Both the position numbers and the translations under genes were made by a program. This document shows, piece by piece, positions 35,926-50,014 of a DNA stretch of 64,000 bases. Each line of letters starts with the position of its first letter. Within the stretch, counting starts at the first letter, position 1. Under the pieces are notes generated by a model that did not search any database, was not told where the DNA came from, and saw nothing but the letters and a program-made list of their open reading frames with translations. The stretch covers positions 50,668,782 through 50,732,781 of the forward strand of contig NC_057728.1 of assembly GCF_004010195.1 (NCBI RefSeq), read 5' to 3'. This DNA comes from Chiloscyllium plagiosum (taxonomy: Eukaryota).

Positions 35926-37826
35926 TTAACTGGGGGTTAGTTTGATGCAGTTATTCAGTGGTTGGTGGAGCATTGAGCAGGGTATGTTGGTTCTGGCAAT
36001 GGAGGAATAACTATAAACATTAGGGCCTGAAGTCTGAGAATAAGGCGATCAAGTGATTAACTGAGAGCTAAGACTTGGACCTGTGAGGCAGATGTTGTTG
36101 GTAAAGGCTGAGAGTGGGGAGCCATAGCTGGAAGCAGCTTTATTTCAAGTTACATAGACAATGGATGTTCTGTTGGAGCAATATCTAACATATTGAATTT
36201 TCACTTGTTAATGGACAGAAGCTGTGAACTGCAGAATGATATTGTTCTCTGTGCTGGTTTTAGACTGGCCCTGGAGACACTTCCTAAGTGTTAATTGTCG
36301 ATAGCATTTGATATGAAATGCAGTGGTTTGTTTGTCATATCAGAGTCATTTACAACAGTTGGCATGCCTGTGAACTGAATATTCCAATGCAACACATTCA
36401 GAAAATGATTAACAAAGTACATTTCATTTTGCTATCTGTTTGAAACAACTATAAATAGTAAATCTTTAACTGGATGATATTGGAATGCTGTAGATTAGAT
36501 GGGCTTTAGATTGGTTTCTCAGGTCAGTGCAACATCGAGGGCTGAAAGGCCTGTACTGCGCTGCAATGTTCTATGTTCTATGTTCTAGAAGGAATTTCTC
36601 ATTTAACCAGAAGAAGATCGCATTGTCAATGGTCAAGGATATACAATCCAATGCAAGGAGCTTAGCAAATAAAGCAGACCAGCTGAGAGCACAGATAGAA
36701 TGATGGCAGATTGAGATCATAGTTGTTACTAGAATATGGCTTTAAAAAAGGACAGATATGGTGTCTTAATGTTCCCAGTTACAGAGTTTTCAGACTAGCT
36801 TACTTTATAACCATCATATCCATTCATAGCCTCCTTATTTCCTTAACTCAACATGTCATTCTACCTTTCTTGGCATCAACACATTCAGCAACCATACTCC
36901 CTTGGTCCCTACATCTGAGTAATTTCAATATCACTTTGTAAAAGATTGAGGCCTAAGCACTGATCTCTATGATACACCTCATATTCCATCTTGCCAACCA
37001 AAGAAAGACTCACTTTTGCCGACTCTCTGTTTCCAATATGTTACCCCCAGTCCATGAGCCTTTAAGTTTTTTCCCCCTCCAAGCCACTCACCAACCTGAT
37101 GTGGAAAAATATTGCCGTTCCTTCCGGTCACTGGAATTCCCTCCCTGAGGGCATTGTGGGTCTATCTACAGCACATGTACTGCAAAGGTTCAAGAAGGTA
37201 GCTCACCACCACTTTCTCCAGGGTGGCTAGGAATGGGCAATAAATATTGGCTGACCAGTGATGCCTTGTACTGTGAGAGAATAGCTAAAACCCTTTGATG
37301 TGATGTCTGATCAAGTGCATCCCAGAAATCTGAGTACAATAGATTAACCGGTTCTCCTTTATCTACATGATACTTCTTGAAAGGATCCCAATAAGTTGAT
37401 TAAAAATGCTTTATCATTCCCTAAAACATATTGACTCTGCCTATTATCTTGAATTTTTCTCACTGTCCTGCTATAGCTTTTTAAAAATGTAGCTTCTTGC
37501 ATGTACTCAATGACAGATCTTGAGTTAACAGGCCTGTGATCTCCTGATTTCTATCTCCTTCCCTTTTTGAATAAAGGGGTCACATTTACTAATCTTCAAA
37601 CTAATGTAAACTTCCCTAAATTTAGAGAGTGTTGGGGGGAAAGGGGTAAGGCGTAAATAATTAATGGGGATAGAGCCCAAAGAGAGAGAGAGGAATAGTT
37701 AGATAAAAACAGAGTCGCTAATGATCTGGCTAGGAGAGTAAAAAGCTGTTAATGAAGACTGTTAATGGCTAACAATGGGTTGGGTGTCATAGCAAACTAT
37801 GTGATATCGGGGTGGGGTGGGGAGGC

Positions 37827-37855
37827 GTGTGTGTGTGTGTGTGTGTGTGTGTGTA
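37827..37855. repeat. (GT)n microsatellite within an old PLE remnant (~37660-38060, minus)
   Basis: Direct observation. Confidence 0.85.
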
Positions 37856-39267
37856 GTCCTCAAGCAGCCAATGAGATGCTGTTCTTCCAGTTTATGCTCA
37901 CTGTAGCAAGCCTGAGGCAAAGATGTTGACCAGGGAACAGGGTGGTTTATTGAAGTGGCAGGCGACTGGAAGCTCAGGGTTATTTATGTGGGCAAAATGT
38001 AGATGTTCTACACAGTGTTCTTTCTCCAATATAGAGGAGACCATATTTTGAGCAGCAGTAATTAAAAATCAGTACAGATCCCACTTTCCATAGTACTGAT
38101 GCTAGTCACTCATGAACAGGAGCCCACTTCTCTTCCACCAGTCTTTGAGCTATTCTTTCATCTCTCTAATCTGATTTTCCTGATACTTCATGTCTCTCAT
38201 AATAATCTAGAGATTATTTAGTTTGATGACCAGCTTCTTATACAGACTATCAGACCATGGGCAACTTCTTTCCTTGTCTTACCTACGTCTTCACCTATGT
38301 CTTCGGCACCTACATTGCTCATGCCAACTGGATTTTCCCATATCCCAGAGCAAGGTCATCTTGAACCCTGAGCAGATGCCCTTAACCTTGCCACCAGACA
38401 AGCAACACCGCCAACTAGATGTTTGCTACAGAAAGCAGTTTTAACCCTCTTATTACAATACCACTATATTCCTTTCTGCTCCCTTCAATCAAATGCTTTC
38501 TTGCATCATAGAGTCATTGTCAATTAATTCATCCGTTCTGTAGACCAAGTCTCATCCAGACAAGTTTATTATTAGATTTTTATTTCTTATTAGATTCCCT
38601 ACAGTATGGAAGTTGAGGGAACCTGAAGCCTGTTGGACATTTACACAAGCTGATTCAACTTTGCTAGGGTTCCCTTATCTCTCTCCCTTGCAGTCATACT
38701 TGCCTGACCTGTCTTCCACCACAAACTATATCGAAAGACCCAATCATAAGCAGTATGACTGCCTCCTGGTACCAAGCATTCAGGTAACTGCACTCTAACA
38801 TGCCTCAGTGTCTGCAGCTCAGTCACCAGCTTATAAACTCGGAGTTGAAGTTCCTGTCACTGCAAATGCTTGTTACAGATATGTTTGCCCTGAATCACAT
38901 TAGCATCTAGGAGCTCCCACATGCTGTAGCTGTGATACATCACCTGTTCCACCATTCTTCACATTTATTAATTAACAACTTAATTATTTTACTTATTTAT
39001 TTACCATTTTATGTATAGGCAGTTCCTATTTGTTGTTGGCCAACTTAAAAACATTTTGTTTTAACATTGTTTATTCTTTGAAATCGGTTTATGTAAATGT
39101 TTCCCCACATTTACTGTGATTTAACTCATACGTCTCCTACCTTACTACAAGGTCAATAGTCCTTTCCTTTTCTATTAGATTTTGTCTGCTTAGATGTCTC
39201 AATTGCCATTTTATCTCTAATTCTGGCTTCATTTCCCAACTCAAGAAAAAGTCGGAGGCATATTTTT

Positions 39268-39540
39268 AAGTTGAGGGGAGAATGTTTTTGTAAGGATATG
39301 AGGGGCAACTGTTTTACACAGAGAGTAGTTTGTGTGTGGAATGAACTTCCAGAGGAAGTTGTGGATGCAGATACATTTACGACATTTAAAAGACATTTGG
39401 ATAAGTACATGAATGGAAAAGGTTTGAGGGATTATGGGCCAAACGCATGCAAGTTGGGCTAGTTTAGTTTGGGAACATGGTTGACATGGTCTAGCTGGAC
39501 CGAAGGGTCTGTTTCCAAGCTGTTTGATTCTATGACTGCT
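39268..39540 (+). mobile_element. CR1 3' end
   Basis: RGNCFTQRVVCVWNELPEEVVDADTFTTFKRHLDKYM. Confidence 0.88.
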
Positions 39541-42028
39541 CCCTATAAATCACTCGCTGTTAAAGTTAAATACAGTAACTTTTATGTGGCACCCCTGGGA
39601 CCAGGAATGTGCAAATTGATCAAGAGGTCCACATAAACAATGTAAAAACACACAGCACGTAATAGAAATGTAATACAGAGGATAAACATCACTGTTATAT
39701 GTTACTTACAGTGTAAATCACTGAAACAATAATGCAACTTTGCCTTAAATAAAACTGACCAGCAGAGAGCTGTCTCACCTTTGACTGACTACTCAGACAT
39801 TATCGTAGATCGTGGCATTTGAAGAGAAACTGACTCGAAATGGAATCAACGTTTGATATTTCGTGTGGATGTTTGATTGAACATCAAGCATATTTACATT
39901 GAGGTAAATAAATTAATAAATCTGTAATAATTGGACAGAATAAATGTTTGAGGTCCAAAGTGTTTGAGGTCCAAAATGTTTGCCGGTATATCAAGAGTCC
40001 AGATTCATGAGGTGCCAGTTCAAACAAAGTTTGCTGTATCTTGTTGTGACTAATGCTCAGCTCCAGTGACATTCTCTCTCACTCTTGTTGCTGACCATTT
40101 CTTGAACTGTTCTGAAGTCCCTCTGCCCATTCTGCCTTGCTGAGTCCTGCCACTTGGTTCACTTCTCAAATGGGATTTGCAAATGTTCAACTCTTCCAGC
40201 TGTTTTTAAAGCTCTGTTAGAATAAATCTTCAGAACTCAGCCACTGCCAGTATGTAGGAGGCAGCTAAATGGAGTACACATTGCTTGCCACCATCTTGTA
40301 AGATAAATCCCCACCACTGCCCACCATGTTGTATAAGCCATCTGGTTGATTTGGTAACAGTACCCACTCTCCTGGTTTGGATTACAGAATGATAGAATAA
40401 TGCACTACAGAAGAGGCCCTTCAGCACATCAAGTCTGTGACACCAAAAGTACATTAGTCCCAGTTTCCCAGGCCTATAGCTGTGAATGCTTTGTTCATTC
40501 AAGTACTTTTTTTTAAAAGTTGTGAGGTTACCCACCTCACCCACCTCCAGGGAGGCATTCCAGACCTCCCAGCACCCTCTGAGTGAAGATAGTATTCCTC
40601 AAATCCACTGGTTCTAGTAGGTCTACAGGATCCAGAGTGAAAGAGGAAAGTCACTTTACCTAATTAGAAGAGAGTCCTGAGTTAAAAAACAATGTAGTTC
40701 ATTGACTGATAGCAACTAAGTATGGGTTGGCCTGATGTGATAGATATTGTTACAGAGGCGATGAGGAGGAACTCTGTGGTATGTCTCACCCCTTCGAGAT
40801 CATAAGCTTGTCCCCCATCACTCCATCTGACATCATCATTGTGGTACTCCTCAGCATTAATCTATTCAGATATTTTGTTGCTTGAGCTACACCCTTTTAC
40901 AAAACCAGCCAGAGACACAAACCGTGAATAAATAAATAAATAATTGCTGTTGTGTTTTTAAAATTGATTCAAACTGACGGTAGTTCAGCAGTGGGCAGGG
41001 TTTTTTTTGTTTAGGGAGTAACACCACGGTTCTAAGTTCAGACCATCTGTCAGAAACTCCATGGGCTGGTCAGGTTGGGAGAGCAGGAACTAGTGTTGCC
41101 TTGGTGACAATGTGTCCTTTCCAGTAATCCAATTGTATACTGCTGGCGTTGTGTAAATGTTTACTCTGTTAGAAAGAATTAGGTGGGATCACAATGAAAT
41201 CATGACTAACCCATTTGCAGAATACTATTTGAACAGTACAACAGACATAATGCGGAGAGAACGAACAGGATGTAGTTTATCTCCCTGGAATTTGTTTTAA
41301 CACGAGAGCAAAGAGAACAATCATGTTATATTAAAAATGCTCACAAGAGCCTCGGGTACCATAAACTCAAAACCTGATGCTGCAGGAATGATATCTGATT
41401 TCTGTTCTAATCATGTGTGAACAAAATAGGTACCAATTAGGTCAGATAATATCGGATGTTTCTGTTCCTTTTCAGAATGTAAAGCATTGTTTGCTTGAGC
41501 TACTAAGCCTAGAGAATGTACACAGCATCTGTATGGTATGCATAAAGTCACAGAAAATTCCAGGACATTCGTATCATTAGGTTTGTTCTTGTTTTCTCAA
41601 AGCACAACTCCTATTTCTTAGGTTTTTTTCAGTAAATTTATTTTCTCTTCCCTTTTACAAGCCAGTGAGGATTGTATTTCCTTCAAGGTAGATCATTCCA
41701 TGTCCTACAAATTTCTAATATTTCCATAATCCGTCTCATGGCTGATTTTAATGGTGTTAACTCACCAACCAGCAGAAATTGTTTACTCCTGATTTTCTTT
41801 CTCAGTTGAACACCTCTATCATATCGCTGATTGTCATTCTTTGTTTCCCCCTTACTTCTTCTAATCTTTCTTGGTGATCCTTAGCATCATCACAGAGAAT
41901 CTCTTCTTAAGATTCTCCAGAGACTTGATATTGGTGTTGTGTCTTAGTTCACTCAGAGAGGCTGAGTTGCTGTGGAAACGTGCACTTTTACACACTAGAT
42001 TGACATCTGAAATGAGTGGGTTGTCTTA

Positions 42029-42678
42029 TGTGATGATGCTGTGCTTAAGATATGTATTTTGTCCATTTTTGTTTTGAAGAGAGGTTTTTAGGCAGAAATA
42101 CAGAACAGTTTACCAAAGCCACTAGAGGAAACAGGTGTTTTTTTTTTAAGTCGTTGAAACAATAGAAGTAGCCTGAATGCGTCTGGTCAAGATTTTTAGT
42201 TTGAGTTTTTGGCAGTTGCTTTTGGGGTCTTGGAGTGGAAGCTATTTTTCCCCTCTCTTGGTTACAGCTGAGGCGAGGGGGGTTGGGGGGGGGGGGGGGG
42301 GGGGCGCAGTGAGGGGATGGGGTGGTTCTCTTTCTGCAACAGGAGTTGCATGTGAAGCAATCTGTTTTCTGAATTTGCCTTTTGCCAAGGGTGTGATTAT
42401 GGGATGTTGCTATATTGGAACAGTTAATTAGAAATACTTAATGTATCTGTTAGTCTGTTATGCTTTCTAATAGAGTTATAGTATTCCAATTCCTACTTTC
42501 TTATGTTGTATTTTACATGTAACGGATGAATACAGTGTGCTTTACTTTAAATCCGATAGTTTGACCAATTAACCTGCACCTGGAATGCAACACCTTACAT
42601 TTACCTCTAAAAGAAAAAAAAGGTAGGGTCTAGACTATCTTCTGAATATTTTGAGGGGGTTTGGTCTGGTCCATAACA
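42029..42678. mobile_element. Probable solo LTR inserted in a CR1 fragment
   Basis: Termini TGTGATG...CATAACA (near-inverted, TG..CA). Host CR1 rejoins as gtctta|tgagg with a 4-nt surplus; the TSD is imperfect (ctta/caca). Confidence 0.55.
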
Positions 42679-42722
42679 CACATGAGGTGGGGTTGGACAT
42701 GCTAGGTTTATTTCCACTGGAG

Positions 42723-42843
42723 GAGAAAGTGAGGTCTGCAGATGCTGGAGATCAGGAAGAAGGGCTTATGCCCGAAACGTCGATTCTCCTGTTCCCTGGA
42801 TGCTGCCTGACCTGCTGCGCTTTTCCAGCAACACATTTCCAGC
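42723..42843. mobile_element. Short PLE family A insertion with an internal inversion
   Basis: 15-bp TSD TTATTTCCACTGGAG at 42708-42722 and 42844-42858. Confidence 0.9.
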
Positions 42844-43157
42844 TTATTTCCACTGGAGTTTAGAAAAGTGAGGGCGACCTGATTGAAGTATATAAGATCT
42901 TCAGTAGTCTTGACAAGGTGCATGTGGAAAGGAGGTATTCTCTTTTGGATGAATCCAGAACTAAGGCGCACAGTTTTACAATTCAGGGTCACTCTTTTTG
43001 GTCAAAGATGAGGAGAATTTTATTTTTCTCAGAAGGTTGTGCGATTTTGGAACCCTCTGCCTCAAAAGGCAATGGGAACCAGGGTGACTAAATATTTTTC
43101 AGGCAACAGTAGGTCGACTCTTATTAGACAATAGAATCAGAGATTATCAGACTAGCT

Positions 43158-43520
43158 GGAAGGCAATGGCCTAGTGGTATTATCACTAGGCTATTAATCC
43201 AGAAACCCCAGTAATGATCTGGGGTCTTGGGTTTGAATCCTGACATGGCAAATGGTGACATTTGAATTCAATTTTAAAAAATCAGGAATTAAGAGTCTAA
43301 TGATGACCTCGAAACTATTGTCAATTATCAGGAAGAACCCATCTGGTTCACTAATGTCCTTTAGAGAAGGAAAAAGCTGTCCTTACTTGGTCTGGTGTAC
43401 ATGTGACTCCAGACCACACCGCAGTATGGTTGGCTGTTAACTGCCGTCTGGGTATTTAGGGATGGGCAATAAATGCTGGCCTAGCCAATGACACCCACAT
43501 CCTGTGAATGAATAAAAAAC
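43158..43520 (+). mobile_element. Full-length SacSINE/DeuSINE-like SINE
   Basis: tRNA-like head (TGGCCTAGTGG, GGTTTGAATCC), Deu-like core CCTTACTTGGTCTGGTGTACATGTGACTCCAGACC, and L2-type tail GGGATGGGCAATAAATGCTGGCC...GAATGAATAAAA. Related copies at ~46530-46790(-), 53340-53630(-) and 54190-54460(+). Confidence 0.75.
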
Positions 43521-45160
43521 AAGAGTTTGTAGATTTTGAAACACAATCAGATCAGCCATGACCTTATCCAGGTGAGGTGTACGTCAGTTGGAGAGCTGGC
43601 ATCGCTTTTTATCAGGAAGGGTCACTGCAATGTTCCACAGAGGAACTTGATGGGCTTATCCCACAATCAAGGGCCCGTGGGTGAAAGTTCCACTCACTGA
43701 GAACTGTGGCCCACCAGTGTCCCACAGCTAATGGCAGCACCCCCAAGTAACTACCCACTTAAAGACGTCAACTGTGCTGGGATCCTGTACCCCTCCTGCC
43801 TGATTATATCATCGAAGCTTCCACCAGGAGGGCATACTTTCTGCCTATCGTCACAAAGAAAACCCATTCGCCAATTGGCAGCCAGCAGTTTCTCACATGA
43901 TCATGATCATACTGATCATGACTAGATCATCTGGATCCATCGACACAAAAGAGAAATAACTTTTCTGCTTCTCCTCCCAGGGAGGCATTCACGAGAGGCT
44001 AGATGAGGCCTTGGTTTAATGGTCTCATTTGACGCACAGACGTTGAGGCCAAAACATTGAATGTGTTCAAGAGGAAGTTAGACGTAGTTCTTCGGGATAA
44101 CGGGATCAAAGGGAATGGGGAGAAAATGGGAATGGAATATTGGTTTGGAAGATCCGCTATGCTCATATTGAATGGGGAACTAGGCTCAAAGAGCTGAATT
44201 ATCTCCTCCTGTCCCTTTTTCGTAAGTTTCTGTCACAAACTCATTGCTTATGAATTAGATGCCTTTAGATGGAGATGAGAATTTCTCTTTTTTTTCAGAG
44301 AGTTGTCAGAGTATGGAATTCTTTTCCACTGAAAACGCTCAAGACATAGTCATTAAATTAATTCAAGGCTGAGTTAGAGAGACAAGGGAGTCAGCTATGT
44401 TGGGTGGGACATACAAGAAAGTGCAGTTGAGACCACAAATGGTTCATTCATGAACTTGTTGAATGTCGGAGCAGGCTTGAAGGGTCAAATAGCCTACACC
44501 TGCTCTTATGTTCTAAACGACAGCTCCTCCAATGGTGCAGCACTGTGCAGGGTCAGGCTGGCTTTTATGCTTAAGACTCAAACCTTCTAATTCACAACGA
44601 GAGGTTAATCTGAGATATATCTGGCCGTCCTTGAGAAAAGCCAGGCTTCTAAACAATAAAGACATTTCCTGTTGTATTTGATTTGAATGATTGGAACATT
44701 TTAGGCATAACGTCATCATTGCTCCATCCTCTTGTCATGTTGAGAATATGAATATAGAATGTTTTTTGTTCTTCTGGCTATTCTGTAATCTGGAAATAAT
44801 TAGAAAGTAGACCAGGTCCGTAACTTGAGCAGGTATTTCTGAAACGTTATTGTACAGTATTGATTGCCTTTGCATTGTGCTGCTGAATGTTCAGGTTCTA
44901 AGCATTGGTAATGGAGTTAGTCAACTCAGTAAACAACAACGTTGTATTTGTTTGCTGCTCTTCTTCAACATTTAGTTTGTACTGAAGTCCAATTTATTGA
45001 TAAAATAAAGTTTTCTGAAAAGGATTTTTTCCCTTTCCCAGACACCAGTTGAAAGAAAGAGGCTATTGCTTGGAATGTCAAAGACTAGAACGAGCCTGAA
45101 GTAGCCTTTATCTATTGGAACTGGACTAAGGAAGCTTTGGAACAAGTACCCTCGGCAGAC

Positions 45161-45346
45161 ATGACAAGTAAAGACCAAAGGGAGGGCGACAATGGTTTAT
45201 CAGCACAGAGAGCTTTGGTAATGGCTGACGGGAAAAGCACTGAGCTGCAAAACCATGCACATTTGGCACTCCTGGAGAAATCCCGGGAATTCTTCCAGAT
45301 CTGTGACCGAGAAGAGAAAGGATTTATTAACCGAGCAGATTTGCAG
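45161..45346 (+). CDS. CRACR2A: CRACR2A (EFCAB4B/Rab46) first coding exon, EF-hand 1
   Basis: Pyrimidine-rich acceptor ends at 45041; in-frame upstream stop at 45086-45088; ATG at 45161. Translates MTSKDQ...ALLEKSREFFQICDREEKGFINRADLQ, then CAG|GTGAGA donor. Resembles the CRACR2A N-terminal EF-hand. Confidence 0.85.
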
Positions 45347-45714
45347 GTGAGATTTGGCAACCCGGATTTACAAAAGCTCAAGGAATGTCTGAAATTCAAC
45401 AATGCATCCTTCAGCCAGCTTTCAAAATAATTCAAGCTGAAGCTTTATGTATTTCTGCTCCTCCCAATGTCTTGGATTCTTTTTCTGTCAGAGTACAACA
45501 CTTTGTGCACAGCATCTCTTGCTCTTTGTCAGACAGGAAGCCAGGGCCTTACAGGTGATGACAGGCTATCAGTGAATGTTTCCCTTCAGGGGCATTTATA
45601 GCCATTTTGTACATTTAAGCCTTCATCGCCGTCATTGACAGAACAATATTCAGGAACAGGAGTCAGCCATTCAGCTCCTAAGGATGCATTCAGTCGGGAT
45701 TGTGGCTGGCCTGT

Positions 45715-45942
45715 ATAGAATCCCGACAGTGTAGAAAGAGGCCATTCAGTCCAATAAGTCTGCACTGATCCTCTGAAGAGCATCCCACATAGACCTACCT
45801 TACCCTGCATTTCCCACAGTTAATCTATCTAACCTGCAACCCCCTCTTTGACACTGTGGCCAACCCACCTAACCTGCACATCTTTGGACTGTGGGAAGAA
45901 ACCAGATTACCCAGTGGAAACTCACGCAGACACAGGAGAACG
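45715..45942 (-). mobile_element. Partial HE1-type SINE
   Basis: Reverse complement of the V-domain and tail. Confidence 0.75.
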
Positions 45943-46319
45943 AATTTATGTCAACTCTATACATCTACTTTTGTTCCCTTACTCTTAATACCTGTAACTA
46001 TTAAAAATTAACCCTCCTGCCCCATCCCTGACCCCATCCACCTCAACAGCTTTCTGGGAGAGAGATTCAGATTTCCACTCTCCCACAATGTGGTTAAGTT
46101 CCTCCCTGGTGTCACCCCTAAACAACCTGGCTTGACTTTGATGGTTCTGCACCTTAGTTCTAAGCTCTCCTCACCCAAGAGAGCAATCAGTTTCTCGCTA
46201 TCATCCCCAATGTATCCTTTACTCATCTCAACCATCTCAGTTACATCCCAACTTAAAGAGTGCAAGTCTAGTCTATACAATCAGTCCATTCCAATTGAAT
46301 CACATCATTGTTATAGTGA

Positions 46320-46485
46320 CAAAAACAGAAGTTGCTGGAAAAGCTCAGCAATTCTGAGGAAGGGTCACTGGACCCAAAAAGTTTACTCTGATTTCTCTTC
46401 ACAGATGCCGCCTGACCTGCTGAGCTTTCCCAGCAACTTCTGTTTTTGTTTCTGATTTTCAGCATTCGCAGCTCTCTTGGTTTTT
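46320..46485 (+). mobile_element. PLE family C insertion with a short inverted arm and hammerhead-derived motif
   Basis: TTCTGAGGAAGGGTCACTGGACCCAAAAAGTTTACT; homologous to 35713-35925. Confidence 0.8.
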
Positions 46486-47829
46486 ATCATTATGGTGAAT
46501 TGAATTTGCACTTACACCAAAGCTAACATTCTTTTCTCATTCTTTCATTGGATGTGGGCACCTCTGGCAAGCACTAGCATTTATTCCCCTTGAACTGAGT
46601 GGCTTCCTACTTCCTCTTCAGAGGACAGCTAAAAGTCAGCCACATTGCTGAGGATCTGGAGTCACATGTAGGCCAGACTGGGTTAGGATGGCAGATTTCC
46701 TTCCCTACAGGACACTAGTGAACCAGATGGATTTTTCTTCATGACAATCAATGATAGTTTCATGGTCATCATCACTGAGACTAACTTTATGTTAATGCTT
46801 ACCAAACTTTTGTCGCCATTTTAGCTTTTGAAAATTGCTGTGAGCCCAATTGGAGGAGAGAGCTGTAGGAAGAATGAGGCATTGAGGGATGTAGCAGAGG
46901 TTGTGGGAGACCTGTGAGTGAAGGGGCCGTGGGGGTGTGGGGGAATGGGGCGGGAGGGGGGAGCTTTTAAACCAACAGAGTTATTCAGTACAAGGTACTT
47001 TTGCTACTTCAGGATTCAGGCCTCAGGGATCAACCTGTTAACAACAATTGTGAGATTTAAAGGAGCCATGCACCTGCTGGTATGGCAGCCATTGCTGTCC
47101 GAAAACTCCTGATCTGAAAATTTCACAGTTCAACAATCTTTATATCCCAGATTTATTAATAGATTCAACTTGTATTTCCCAGCTGCTAAGGGGCTTGGGA
47201 GGGGGAGGGTGTTAGATTTTAACTCTGTTCCCAGATCCTCACCTTGGGGTCTTTGAATCACTGCTAGTTTGGGTTGAATCAGTAGCAAAATATCCATTCC
47301 TTCATTTTCCAGCAAATATTGCAATAGCCTTTTTGATATTTTTTCTTTGCACTTGACAGCCCCAAAATATCAGGGAAAAGGACAAACTGTTTGAGTTGAG
47401 TTGAATAATTTTCATTCCAGTTTGAACATTTCTGCAGATTTCCAGGAGGGGGCAATGGTTCTTTTATTGTGCAATTCTAAAATGTGATTGCTGAAATTTT
47501 TTGTAAGTGTTTTTAAGCTGTGATTACTGAGCCCTTTCTTGACTGGGTTTTTTTTCATTTTGTAATTCTGAAGGGGTAAGTAATTTTTGTGGTACTTGCA
47601 AATTGCCTGTTGAACACCAGACCTCGCACCTTGTAACAGTTGGATCCAACAGTGACCCTCGGAGTATTTTTGTTGCCTTTCATCTGGAATATTCCAGAGG
47701 ATCTGGGAAATAAACCAGGTCATTATTGAATGACTATTCAGTCAGAACACACGCAAGCCAGAATCTAACAATATCAGTGCGGTTCATATCCTCACAATGA
47801 AATAATGGTCTTTATGCACAAACAGACGA

Positions 47830-48620
47830 GCTAGGAGTAGGAGTTGGCTATTCGACCCTTTGAGCTGCTGTAAATTCAGTAAGGTTATGGTTGATCCAGT
47901 TACTCCATGTTCCTGGTTATCTCCTGATAATTGTCCACCCCCCTCCTGATCAAGAATCAATTTACTTTGGCTGGATAAAGGTTCAAGGTCTCTGTTTCCA
48001 CCACCTTTTGATGCTAAGAGTTCTAAAGATTCACAATCCACTGTGAGAAAAGAAATCACTTCTCCCCTCCATTTTAAATGGGCGACCCCTTCTTTTCTCA
48101 AACAGTGGATCCTTGTTCTAGATTCTCCCACAAGAGAAAACATCCGGTCCGCATCCATCTATCAAGAACCCTCAGGATTTTACATCTTTCGATCAAGTCA
48201 CCTCTTAATCTTCTAAACTCCAGTGGGTATAAGCTTAGACTGGCTGACCAAAGGTGTGCAGCTTAGTTGGATTGGCCATGGTAAAATTGCACCGTAGTGT
48301 CCAGGGACATGTAGGCTAGATGGATTAGCCATGCTAACTGCAGGGTGAAGGGGATGGAGTAGGTGGTGTGTCTGGGTGTGTTGTTGTTCAGAGAGTTAGT
48401 GCAGGCTCAATGGGCCAAATGGCCTTTATCTGCACTGCAGGGATTCTATGACCCATTCAGATAAGGCAACCATTCTAGCTATGTTCCACAAAACCTTTTC
48501 TGAAACTGCTTCCAGCATATTTACATATTTCCTTAAATCAGAAGACCAGTACTGTACACAGTACTCCCAATGTGGTCTTGCCAATGCCCTGTATGACTGA
48601 AGACTAACCTTCCTAACCCA
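47830..48620 (-). mobile_element. CR1 3' fragment with an embedded partial HE1 SINE (+, ~48250-48450)
   Basis: LQSYRALARPHWEYCVQYWS and MDADRMFSLVGESRTR motifs. Confidence 0.8.
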
Positions 48621-49949
48621 CCAAAAATGATAACATGCTGAGAAAGGATACATTTTATCAGAGTTTTTAATCACTCAACAAGACAGCTGCAAGAATACAA
48701 TTTCAAGGGGAAAACCAATGTACACAGTATAAGAGGAAAATGCTTATTGATTGGCCATTGTATACTGATCAGAAATGGTGTAACAATGGAGAATGTGCTG
48801 GGTAATGCTGACTGACAGTTAACTTCCAAATTTTGATTAAACTAGGAGGGTCTACTCTAGTTGGTTAAAAGTGTTGCCCTGAGGAATGAACTCGAAAATG
48901 CCCATTTAGTTGACTCAAAATGGGCACAGTAAATATCCATGTTCCTTCTGTCTGCAAAGAATACAGCAGTATTTATAAATAAGTTTAGTTTCCAGTGCAC
49001 ACAGACAACATATCCTTTAAACTGCATGACTGCACACGTGCGCAGCTGTTCTGATGTTCCATGCATATCATTTAGCGACACTGCGCTAATCAGTTCGGGG
49101 CATTGCTGTGCACTGGGTAAGAAAATTAGAAGGAGCACTGCTTACAGCTACGCTGCACTGTGAGCCTAGGTGACACTCTTAAATTGGTTGTCAGTGTAAT
49201 TCATTGCACTGCCCTGCAAATTAAATCATTCCGGCTTTTACAGCACTGAAGCCAGCTTCACCTCAGCAACCCACTGGAACTGGCCTCTGCTGCCACTCCT
49301 GTCCAAGCTGCATTCTTCAGTCAGAATGGCCGCAATTTCCCACAGGAAAAATAACTTCCCACTTCTCCTGGACAGCATTCAGGAGAACCTCCAGGGAGGC
49401 ATTACTGAACCATGATATTGCTTTCTCCCAGCTCTCTGAGGGGTTAGTAAGGGTGATAAGCAGAGGTTGGATCTGTGTTGCAGAGAGTGAAGTGCTGCCA
49501 GGATGCCAATTAAATATGGCCACCGGGAATTGGAGCTTAGAACCTGTAATCTGCCCACCTGCCCATCCACCTGCCTTCCTACCTGACTGCCAGCCTGCTC
49601 ATCTGCCTACCTGACTGCCTGCGTTCCCACCTGACTGCCCACCTGCCCTCCTGACTACCTACTTGCCCACCTGCCGGCTCACCTGACAGTCCATACAAGG
49701 TCACAATATAAAAGAACAATAGTTTCATAATCTTTCCAGTTCCCAGGATAGTGAATTAAATACCTTATCTAGATCAGCTTTTAAACAAAAAGGTCAACTG
49801 CGTTCCATCATGAACACAATGATAGGTTTAGTGTCAATAAAGGTGTGAGAATTAATTAATGTACAGAGTCAGTATATATAGAAATATAAATGTTTATCAC
49901 TATAAGTATTTCAAAATGTACATGCAATCGTGCACACACACACGCACAC

Positions 49950-49955
49950 TCTTTC

Positions 49956-49997
<42 letters not shown>
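49950..49997. repeat. (CT)n microsatellite
   Basis: Direct observation. Confidence 0.9.
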
Positions 49998-50001
<4 letters not shown>

Positions 50002-50014
50002 CAGGAAAAGGGGA

